Origin: an uncultured delta proteobacterium
GTDB lineage: Bacteria; Desulfobacterota; Binatia; UTPRO1
DNA: 64,000 nt
Assembly (NCBI GenBank): GCA_963753325.1
Contig: CAVWBS010000003.1
Location: forward strand, 963,979-1,027,978
Direction: 5' to 3'
This document shows, piece by piece, positions 1 to 7,706 of this stretch. A program made the position numbers and the translations under genes. Position 1 is the first letter of the stretch. Each line of letters starts with the position of its first letter. The notes beneath the pieces were generated by a model that had not been told where the DNA came from, ran no database searches, and saw nothing but the letters and a program-made list of their open reading frames with translations.

Positions 1-1
1 C

Positions 2-454
2 CTTGCGGCGCGCGTCCGCGACGCCACCGAGCTGCTCGTCGAGACGGCGCCACGAAGCGCGTCGTGTCCCACCGCCGGCGCCCGGGCGACGCCCGTGCGG
101 CGCGTCGCATATCATGACCCGTGCCATCTGGCGCACGCGCAGGGCATCCGGGCGGCGCCGCGCGCGCTCCTCGCCGCGCTGCCGGACGTCGTCCTCGTGC
201 CGATGGCGGACGAGGACCTCTGCTGCGGCAGCGCGGGCCACTACAACCTCATGGAGCCCGAGGTGGCGCGTCGATTGGTCGCGCGCAAGGTGGAGGCGAT
301 CCGGGCGAGCGGCGCCGACGTGGTGGCAACCGCCAACGCCGGCTGCGCGCTGCAGCTGGAGGCCGGTCTTCGCGCCGCGGGTCTGTCCACGCCCGTCCGC
401 CACGTGCTCGACCTGCTGGCGGCGGAGCACGCCCCGACCGGCAAGCGCCCCTGA
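2..454 (+). CDS. glcF: Glycolate oxidase Fe-S subunit GlcF-like protein, C-terminal CCG domain (5' truncated by window)
   Basis: Frame is open from base 2 (ARVRDATELL...); YHDPCHLAH, CCGSAG and TANAGC motifs of the CCG domain. Confidence 0.85.
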   Translation, partial: LAARVRDATELLVETAPRSASCPTAGARATPVRRVAYHDPCHLAHAQGIRAAPRALLAALPDVVLVPMADEDLCCGSAGHYNLMEPEVARRLVARKVEAIRASGADVVATANAGCALQLEAGLRAAGLSTPVRHVLDLLAAEHAPTGKRP

Positions 455-581
455 CCGCGATGCGCGACATGGGGACGGCGTCCGGCGAAATTTTGCCATG
501 CCGGTGAGCGGCGCCGCGCGCTTCGTGCGCCGATCTCCGCGTCGCCGTTGCGCCCGCGGCCGCGGGCGTCACCCGCGGGCG

Positions 582-597
582 TGGCACGGCAGTTGCT
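582..597 (+). promoter_or_regulatory. Sigma-54 (-24/-12) promoter
   Basis: TGGCACGGCAGTTGCT matches TGGCAC-N5-TTGC with GG-N10-GC spacing; intergenic, just upstream of the NERD gene. Confidence 0.75.
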
Positions 598-612
598 TTG
601 TGGAACACTGCC

Positions 613-1410
613 GTGTCCGATCGCCAGTCCACGACCAGTCCGCTTTCGCAACAGATGTTCCGCGCGCTCGGCGCGCTCTACGTCGTCGGAGCGCCGCTCT
701 TCGCGATCGTGGTCCTGCTGACGGCGCGCACCGGCCAGTCGATCATGGTGGCCGCGCTCCTCCTGATGCCGATCGCGTTCTGCTACGCTCCCATCGCGTT
801 TCACCGTTTCGGCGAGGCGTTGACCCTCTGGCGCAAGACACGCGCACGCGCCAACGTCGGGCGCGTCCTGCTCGATCTCGGCCGCGACTACCGGGTCCTG
901 TCGCGCTGCTCGGTGACCTCCGGTCGCGAGGACCACATCGCCATCGGCCCGAACGGGATCTTCGTGATCCTCGCATGCGAGGACGGCGGACGCGTGACCG
1001 CGTCGCAGCGCCGGGTGTTCGTCAACGCGCGTCTGCCGTGGCGCGATCTCATCGACGATTGTCGGGTGGATTCGCTGCGTGTCCGCGAGCGCGTTCGCGA
1101 CGTCGCCGACCGTCCGGTCCCCGTCCATTCCGTGCTGTGCTTCGCGCGCGCGCTGGTGGCCGTCGGCCAGGAGATCCAGGGCGTCAAGGTCGTGCAGGCC
1201 GGACGCCTCGCGCGGCTGATCGAGAGCACCGCCGTCACGACACCGCTCACCGAGGCGCACATCGAACGGGTCGCCGCGGCCCTCACCGAAGCGCGCCGTC
1301 CGAAGCTCCCGCGCCGCCTGCCGCGGCGCACGCGGCGCGGAGGCAGCGCCGCTCCGGACCGACGGCTGGCGCTCGTGGCCCCCGTTTCCGCCCGCCACCG
1401 TGACCGCTGA
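613..1410 (+). CDS. Membrane-anchored NERD (nuclease-related domain) protein
   Basis: Two N-terminal hydrophobic segments then DHIAIGPNGIFVI, a NERD-like core; start uncertain (GTG 613 or ATG 655). Confidence 0.65.
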   Translation: MSDRQSTTSPLSQQMFRALGALYVVGAPLFAIVVLLTARTGQSIMVAALLLMPIAFCYAPIAFHRFGEALTLWRKTRARANVGRVLLDLGRDYRVLSRCSVTSGREDHIAIGPNGIFVILACEDGGRVTASQRRVFVNARLPWRDLIDDCRVDSLRVRERVRDVADRPVPVHSVLCFARALVAVGQEIQGVKVVQAGRLARLIESTAVTTPLTEAHIERVAAALTEARRPKLPRRLPRRTRRGGSAAPDRRLALVAPVSARHRDR

Positions 1411-1447
1411 TCCACCGCCCCGACGGCCGTAGGTCCGTATTTCTGCA

Positions 1448-1476
1448 TTGCATTTCCAAAAACCCGATGGTAGTAG
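1448..1476 (+). promoter_or_regulatory. Sigma-70 promoter of cspA
   Basis: TTGCAT (1448-1453), 17 bp spacer, TAGTAG (1471-1476) with TG immediately upstream. Confidence 0.55.
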
Positions 1477-1608
1477 CGCCCTAGTCGTGAGGAGCAGGTA
1501 GGTCGTCCGCAGAAAAAAGGCCGTGACGAAACCCGTCACGGCTTCGTTGTATGTGGCACAGAACCCCTCCCTCGATGACGACATCCACGGACGAAAGGAG
1601 GGAGTTCA

Positions 1609-1812
1609 ATGGCAACCGGTCATGTGAAGTGGTTCAATCCTGAAAAGGGCTTCGGCTTCATCCGCCAGGAGAACGGCGAGGACGTGTTCGTGCACTACTC
1701 GGCGATCAGTGGCGATGGGTTCCGGACGCTCGAAGAGGGCCAGAAGGTCGAATTCGAGATCACCAAGGGCCCGAAGGGCCTGCAGGCCTCTAACGTCACC
1801 AAGGCGGCCTGA
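1609..1812 (+). CDS. cspA: Cold-shock protein
   Basis: [15 protein letters not shown] and [12 protein letters not shown] motifs, 67 aa, strong RBS AAGGAGGGAG. Confidence 0.97.
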   Translation: MATGHVKWFNPEKGFGFIRQENGEDVFVHYSAISGDGFRTLEEGQKVEFEITKGPKGLQASNVTKAA

Positions 1813-1853
1813 CGCGCTGCCGCCCTCGCGCGGCGCGTAGGCGTTACCCTGTC

Positions 1854-1893
1854 CGCCCCGGGAGATCTCCGATCTCCCGGGGCGTTTTCGTTT
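1854..1893 (+). terminator. Rho-independent terminator of cspA
   Basis: Perfect 14-bp stem CGCCCCGGGAGATC-tcc-GATCTCCCGGGGCG followed by TTTTCGTTT. Confidence 0.85.
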
Positions 1894-2110
1894 CCGCTCG
1901 GCCGAGAACGCCAAGCGGGACCGCCGACGACGCCCGGGGTCTCGGAGAGGTGTGCGGCGACGCCGTCGAACGTGACGGTCGCGGCAAGCGGGTCGAGGTC
2001 GAGAGCGACCGAGCGCCTGCTCGTCGCACAGGACCAGCGCGGGAGGGCAGCCCGCCGGCGGCACCACGGGCGCCCGCGCACCAATTGTCACTGCCGTGGG
2101 GCCGCGCTAA

Positions 2111-3277
2111 ATGGCGGCCATGGACGCCAAGGCCGGCGCGCGCGAGCGCGTCCGCGACACGACGCCGGAGCTGCTCGCCCTCAGCCACCGCATCCACGCA
2201 CATCCGGAGCTGGGGTTCGAGGAGGAGCGCGCCGCCAGCTGGCTCGGCAGCGCGCTCACCGATGCCGGTTTCGCCGTCGAAGGCGGCATCTGCGACCTGC
2301 CGACGGCGTTTCGCGCCCGTACGGGCAGCGGCCCGCTGCATCTCGCCATCTGCGCCGAGTACGATTGCCTTCCCGGCATCGGGCACGCGTGCGGCCACAA
2401 CATCATCGCGGCGAGCGCCGTGGGGGCCGCCCTGGCACTGGCGCGCGTCGCCGACGACGTCGGGCTCAGCGTGACGGTCGTCGGCACGCCGGCGGAAGAG
2501 GGCGGCGGGGGCAAGATCATCCTGCTCGAGCGCGGCGCCTTCGCCGGCACGCACGCCGCCATGATGGTCCATCCCGCGCCGATCGACATCGTCGAGCCGT
2601 CGATCCTCGCGTGCGCGCAGTTCGAGGTGCACTACGCCGGCAAGGAGGCGCACGCCTCCGCGTTTCCCGAATACGGCATCAATGCCGGCGACGCGCTCAC
2701 GGTCGCGCAGACGGCGATCGGCCTGCTGCGCCAGCACATCCGGAGCGGCGACCGCGTGCACGGGATCGTCACCAAGGGCGGCGACGCGCCGAACGTCGTC
2801 CCCGCGGACACGCGGGCGAAGTACATCGTCCGTGCGCGCACCCTCGGCGAGCTCGACGACATCCGCGGCAAGGTGATGCGCTGCTTCGAGGCCGGCGCCC
2901 ATGCCACGGGCTCGACGCTCAGCGTGCACGAGGATCACGCGCCGTACGCCGAGATGCTGCACGACGGGGATCTGGCGGCGCACTACCGCCACAACGCCGA
3001 GGCCCTCGGCCGGTTCTTCCCCGACCTCGGTGTGGCGATGCAGCGCGCCGCCGGCTCGACCGACATGGGAAACATCTCGCTCGCGATGCCCTCGATCCAC
3101 CCGATGATCGGTATCGCCTCGCTTCCGGCCGTGAACCACCAGCCGGAGTTCACCGCCCACTGCGTCACCGAGGCCGCGGATCGGGCCGTCGTCGACGGGG
3201 CCCTCGCGATGGCCTGGACGGCCATCGACGTCGCCGCCGACGCCGATCTGCGCAGCCGCCTCATGCAAAGGAGATGA
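2111..3277 (+). CDS. M20 family metallopeptidase/amidohydrolase (ACY1L2/PM20D2-like)
   Basis: HPELGFEE, AEYDCLPGIGHACGHN, GTPAEEGGGGK and GSTDMGN motifs. Confidence 0.9.
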   Translation: MAAMDAKAGARERVRDTTPELLALSHRIHAHPELGFEEERAASWLGSALTDAGFAVEGGICDLPTAFRARTGSGPLHLAICAEYDCLPGIGHACGHNIIAASAVGAALALARVADDVGLSVTVVGTPAEEGGGGKIILLERGAFAGTHAAMMVHPAPIDIVEPSILACAQFEVHYAGKEAHASAFPEYGINAGDALTVAQTAIGLLRQHIRSGDRVHGIVTKGGDAPNVVPADTRAKYIVRARTLGELDDIRGKVMRCFEAGAHATGSTLSVHEDHAPYAEMLHDGDLAAHYRHNAEALGRFFPDLGVAMQRAAGSTDMGNISLAMPSIHPMIGIASLPAVNHQPEFTAHCVTEAADRAVVDGALAMAWTAIDVAADADLRSRLMQRR

Positions 3278-3278
3278 C

Positions 3279-3923
3279 ATGCCGACTCTGTACGGAATCA
3301 GCGCCTCCCCCTTCGTGCGCAAGGTGCGCGTCGCCCTCGAGGAGAAGGGCATCGCCTACGAGCACGATCCCGTCGTCCCCCTGAACGTCAGCGCCGAGTA
3401 CAGGAAGATCAGCCCGCTCGGGAAGGTTCCCGCGTATCGCGACGGCGATCGGACGCTGGCCGACTCCTCCGTGATCTGCGCCTACCTCGAGCGGGTGAAG
3501 CCGCAGCCGGCGCTCTATCCATCCGACGCGTACGAGTTCGCGCGCGCGCTCTGGTTCGAGGAGTACGGCGACAGCGCGCTGGTCTCCGTCACCGGGCCGA
3601 AGATCTTCTTCCAGCGCGTCGTCGCCCCGAAGTTCATGAACCAGAAGTGCGACGAGGCGGTGGTGAAGAAAGCCGTCGACGAGGAGCTGCCGCCGCACTT
3701 CGACTATCTCGAGGGCGAGGTCGGCGAGGGCGGCGTCGTTGCCGGGACCCGGTTCTCGATCGGCGACATCGGCCTCGTCACGCATTTCGTGAACCTCAAG
3801 TTCGCCGGCTTCGGCGTCGACGCCAAGCGTTGGCCGAAGCTCGCCCGCTACGTCGACCACGTCATGGCACGACCATCGGTCAAGAAGTTCATCGACGAGG
3901 AAGCCCCCATGTTCAGCGCCTGA
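3279..3923 (+). CDS. Glutathione S-transferase family protein
   Basis: SPFVRKVR, SPLGKVP, DSSVICAYL and FSIGDI motifs; 214 aa. Confidence 0.92.
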   Translation: MPTLYGISASPFVRKVRVALEEKGIAYEHDPVVPLNVSAEYRKISPLGKVPAYRDGDRTLADSSVICAYLERVKPQPALYPSDAYEFARALWFEEYGDSALVSVTGPKIFFQRVVAPKFMNQKCDEAVVKKAVDEELPPHFDYLEGEVGEGGVVAGTRFSIGDIGLVTHFVNLKFAGFGVDAKRWPKLARYVDHVMARPSVKKFIDEEAPMFSA

Positions 3924-4007
3924 GAGGACCACCACCAACCAGGAGCGCCCGGGATGCACTCCCGGGCGCGAGGCCATCGCGAGCTAGCGAGCGGGGGCAA
4001 GATCACG

Positions 4008-5195
4008 ATGTTCGAGGTCCCAGAACGAGTCCGGCCGATCCGACGGCGCGTGCAGGCGTTCGTCGAGGAGCGCGTGTACCCGGTCGAGCAGGTGCTCGAC
4101 GACACCGACTCGGACGAGGCGGGCATCGTGATGCGCCGCCTCATGGGGGAGGCGAAGGACGCGGGCCTCTGGGCGCTCGGACATCCCAAGGAGATCGGCG
4201 GCGGCGGCCTGCCGTTCCTCGACTACGTCTACGTCAACGAGGTGGTCGGGCGCTCCGAGCACGCGATGATCGCGCTCGGGACGCACTCGTTGCAGGACTC
4301 CATCATGCTCGACCTCTACGCCTCGCCGTCGTGGCGGCAGCGCTATCTGCGGCCGCTGGTCGCGGGGGAGGTGTTCCCGAGCTTCGCCATGACGGAGCCG
4401 GCCGTAGCGAGCTCCGACCCGACGCAGCTGCAGACCTCGGCCGTGCTCGACGGCGACTACTGGGTGATCAACGGCCGCAAGTGGTTCACGACCGGAGCCA
4501 ACCGGGCCGCGTACACGACCGTCATGGTGCGGACCGAGCCCGAGGCGCCGGCGCATTCGGCGTTCAGCATGATCATCGTCCCGACCGACACGCCCGGCTA
4601 CGACATCGTACGCGAGACACCCGTCATGGGCATGCTCGGCGGCCACTGCGAGGTCGCCTATCGCGACGTGCGCGTGCCGCGGGAGAACCTCCTCGGTGAG
4701 CGCGGCCAGGGCTTCGTGATCGCGCAGCAGCGACTCGGGCCGGGCCGCATCTTCCACTGTATGCGCTGGCTCGGACAGGCGCAGCGTGCCTTCGACCTCA
4801 TGTGCGCGCGCGCCAATTCGCGCGTCGCCTTCGGCTCGCCGCTCTCCGAGAAGCAGTCGATCCAGAACATGATCTTCGAGACGGCCGCGGAGATTCAGTC
4901 GTGCCGCCTGCTGACCCTGCATGCCGCGCACAAGATCGATCAGGGTGATCCGGCGCGCGTCGAGATCGGCCTCATCAAGGTCGTCGGGGCGCGCATGCTG
5001 CACGATGCGATCGACCGCGCCATCCAGGTGCACGGCGCCATGGGCGTCACGTCCGATACGCCGCTCGAGCGCATGTACCGGAACGCGCGCTTCGCCCGCA
5101 TCTACGACGGTCCCGACGAGGTGCACCAGATGACCGTCGCCCGCCGGCTGCTGAAGACGTACCGGGACGGCGGGCGCTGGGACTTCGGAGCGTGA
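4008..5195 (+). CDS. Acyl-CoA dehydrogenase
   Basis: FAMTEP, INGRKWFTT, RLGPGRIFHCMR, DRAIQVHG and RIYDGPDEVH motifs; start taken at ATG 4008. Confidence 0.93.
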   Translation: MFEVPERVRPIRRRVQAFVEERVYPVEQVLDDTDSDEAGIVMRRLMGEAKDAGLWALGHPKEIGGGGLPFLDYVYVNEVVGRSEHAMIALGTHSLQDSIMLDLYASPSWRQRYLRPLVAGEVFPSFAMTEPAVASSDPTQLQTSAVLDGDYWVINGRKWFTTGANRAAYTTVMVRTEPEAPAHSAFSMIIVPTDTPGYDIVRETPVMGMLGGHCEVAYRDVRVPRENLLGERGQGFVIAQQRLGPGRIFHCMRWLGQAQRAFDLMCARANSRVAFGSPLSEKQSIQNMIFETAAEIQSCRLLTLHAAHKIDQGDPARVEIGLIKVVGARMLHDAIDRAIQVHGAMGVTSDTPLERMYRNARFARIYDGPDEVHQMTVARRLLKTYRDGGRWDFGA

Positions 5196-5202
5196 GGCGT
5201 TC

Positions 5203-6201
5203 GTGGAGGTGCTCACCGGCGGCTGTCTCTGCGGCGGCGTGCGCTTCGAGGTCGTCCCACCGCTCCTGCGCGCGAACCACTGCCACTGCTCGCGCTGCCG
5301 ACGGCATTCGGGGACGGCGGTTTGCACGCAGGCACGCGTGCGGCGCGAGCAGTTCCGGCTGCTGCGCGGCGCGGAGCTGATCCGCGCCTACCAGGGCGGC
5401 GACGGATTCGCGATCAAGGCGTTCTGCTCCGTCTGCGGCGCGAGCCTCTTCGGCGGCACCTGGCCGGAGGGGTCGCAGGTGTCGATACGCCTCGGCGCCT
5501 TCGATGACGATCCGGGCATCCGACCGCAATTCCATACCTTCGTCGACTCGCGGGCGCCCTGGGACGAGATCGCCGACGGGCTGCCGCAGTACCCGGCGGG
5601 CTTCGCGCGCGATGCGGCGCCCGACGACGGGTCGCCGACCCTCCTCACGCACGTCCGCCAGATGGCGGCGAACAACCGCTGGAGCAACGCCAGGCTGCAC
5701 GCCGCCTGCACGACGCTTCCCGCCGCCGAGCATCACCGCGAGCGCGGCGCCTTCTTCGGCTCGATCCATGCCACGTTGAGCCACATCCTCATGATCGACG
5801 AATGGTATCTCGCCGGTCTCGCGGGCGAGCGGCCCGGGGCCGTTCGCTACGGTACGGTCGTGCATGCGTCACTGGCGGCGCTCACGGCCGCGCAGGAGGA
5901 GGCGGATCGCCGGCTGCTCCAGTTCTGCGCCGGACTCGACGTGGGGCGCCTCGGTGCCACGGCAAGCTGGGAGGACGTCGACGGCGATCGGCACGCCGAA
6001 CGGGTCGATCTCGTGCTGACGCACCTCTTCGTGCACCAGATCCATCATCGCGGCCAGGCGCATACGCTGCTGCTGCAAGCCGGGGTTGCCCCGCCGCAGC
6101 TCGACGAGTTCTTCCTGCGCGCCGACGCGCCACGGCGCGCCGGCGAGCTCGAGCGGCTCGGGCTCGCCGATCCGGTGCCGCTCAGAATGCCGCGCCCCTG
6201 A
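5203..6201 (+). CDS. GFA/CENP-V (aldehyde-activating) domain fused to a DinB-family domain
   Basis: N-half GGCLCG...HCHCSRCRR...FCSVCG; C-half NRWSN...FFGSIHATLSHI...HQIHHRGQAH; one continuous frame. Confidence 0.85.
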   Translation: MEVLTGGCLCGGVRFEVVPPLLRANHCHCSRCRRHSGTAVCTQARVRREQFRLLRGAELIRAYQGGDGFAIKAFCSVCGASLFGGTWPEGSQVSIRLGAFDDDPGIRPQFHTFVDSRAPWDEIADGLPQYPAGFARDAAPDDGSPTLLTHVRQMAANNRWSNARLHAACTTLPAAEHHRERGAFFGSIHATLSHILMIDEWYLAGLAGERPGAVRYGTVVHASLAALTAAQEEADRRLLQFCAGLDVGRLGATASWEDVDGDRHAERVDLVLTHLFVHQIHHRGQAHTLLLQAGVAPPQLDEFFLRADAPRRAGELERLGLADPVPLRMPRP

Positions 6202-6207
6202 TGCGCC

Positions 6208-6708
6208 ATGAGCGCTCCCCCAAAGCCGTCGACGCCGCAGATCGTGCCCTACCGCCCGACGGAGCACGCCGCCGGGCTGCGCGCGTGCTTCGTCGAGCTG
6301 CAGGACTTCGAGCGTCGCCTCGAGCCGGAGATGCCGCCCGGCGAGCGCGTCGTCGATGTCTACCTCGAGCGTATGCTCGGCCGTTGTCGGACGTGGGACG
6401 GCGCCGTCTTCGTCGCGCTCGCGGACGGTGAGGTCGGGGGGTTCGTGTGCGTCTGGGCGCGGGTGCCGCCCGAGCCCGACGAGCCAACGCAGCCGTACGC
6501 GTTCGTCTCCGACCTCGTGGTCCTGGAGCGGATGCGCCGGCGCGGCATCGGTCGCGCGCTGCTGGACGCGGCCGAGCGGCACGCGCGCGCCCGCGGTGCC
6601 ACGGCCCTGCGGCTCGACGTCATGGCCGCCAATGGCGCCGCGCAGCGGCTCTACGAGGGCGCGGGGCTCGCGCCCCGCCGTATCGAGATGGCCAAGCGCT
6701 TGCGGTGA
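6208..6708 (+). CDS. GNAT family N-acetyltransferase
   Basis: LVVLERMRRRGIGRALL motif A and NGAAQRLYE. Confidence 0.9.
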   Translation: MSAPPKPSTPQIVPYRPTEHAAGLRACFVELQDFERRLEPEMPPGERVVDVYLERMLGRCRTWDGAVFVALADGEVGGFVCVWARVPPEPDEPTQPYAFVSDLVVLERMRRRGIGRALLDAAERHARARGATALRLDVMAANGAAQRLYEGAGLAPRRIEMAKRLR

Positions 6709-6778
6709 GCGCGGCGCGACGGCCGACGCCGCATCTGCTACGACGGGTCGAGTGAGTCTCGTACCGAGGAGGCATCGC

Positions 6779-7255
6779 ATGATGCGATCGACGCGAGTGG
6801 GGCTTCTGGCGCTCCTCCTTGTATGGGGAGCGGGCGCGGCCGTCCGCGCCGAGCAGACGGGTACCGAGCCCGCGCCGCCGCGCGGCCGCCCCGACGTGCG
6901 CTGTCCGCCGACGGTGGCGGTCGACGAGCGCGTGCCCGAGCCCCCCGACGGATGGAACGTGCAGCAGCACAGGACGGGACACCGCCTCGCCGGCGTCACC
7001 TTCTACGACGGGCAGCCGTCGGCCGACGCGTCGCTCGTCTACGACGAGACCGCGACCCAGGGTGACGACTGGATCGCGACGTGGCGTTTTCCCGCCAGCG
7101 CGGGCGGCTACTGGGTCGTCTGCCGGTACGAGGGCACGACGATGGAGCTCACGCGGGCGCTGCCCTCCGCCGTCACGGTCTGTCACGTCGCGTACGACAA
7201 GCGCATCGTCACCGATCCGCGCCACGACGAGGTGCGACGGATCGAGTGCGAGTGA
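6779..7255 (+). CDS. Secreted protein, STY0301-like family
   Basis: GGAGG RBS, signal peptide, CP...LAGVTFYDG.P...L..D...W...CRYEGT...C pattern recalled for this family. Confidence 0.6.
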   Translation: MMRSTRVGLLALLLVWGAGAAVRAEQTGTEPAPPRGRPDVRCPPTVAVDERVPEPPDGWNVQQHRTGHRLAGVTFYDGQPSADASLVYDETATQGDDWIATWRFPASAGGYWVVCRYEGTTMELTRALPSAVTVCHVAYDKRIVTDPRHDEVRRIECE

Positions 7256-7259
7256 GTCG

Positions 7260-7700
7260 ATGAAGGAGCTGCGCACCGAGATCGCGATCGCCGCGGACAA
7301 GCAGCGGGTGTGGAACGTGCTCGCGGACTTCCCGGCCTACTCCGACTGGAACCCGTTCCTGCGCAGCGTGGCGGCAGCGCCGCAGATCGGCGCGCCGGTG
7401 GCGCTGACCGTGGCGCTCGGCCGGCGCACGCTCGACCTCGACGCGTCGATGCTGCGGTTCATGCCCGGTCGCGAGCTCCGCTGGGCCGGCCCGATCTCGC
7501 AGCTCAAAGGACTCGTCTTCCGCGGCGAGCACTACTTCATCATCGAGGAGGTCGGAGCGGGGGTGCGCTTCCTGCACGGCGAGCGGTTCGATGGCCTCGT
7601 GGTGCCGCTCATGGGCGGCTGGATCGATCGCACGCTGGCGCCGGCGTACGAGGCGATGAACGTTGCGCTCAAGCGGCGGGCGGAGGCCGCCGGGCGCTGA
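7260..7700 (+). CDS. SRPBCC / polyketide cyclase-dehydrase family protein
   Basis: TEIAIAA...VWNVLADFPAYSDWNPF...GEHYF...FLHGERFDG...MNVALKRRAE. Confidence 0.88.
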   Translation: MKELRTEIAIAADKQRVWNVLADFPAYSDWNPFLRSVAAAPQIGAPVALTVALGRRTLDLDASMLRFMPGRELRWAGPISQLKGLVFRGEHYFIIEEVGAGVRFLHGERFDGLVVPLMGGWIDRTLAPAYEAMNVALKRRAEAAGR

Positions 7701-7706
7701 CCGGGG

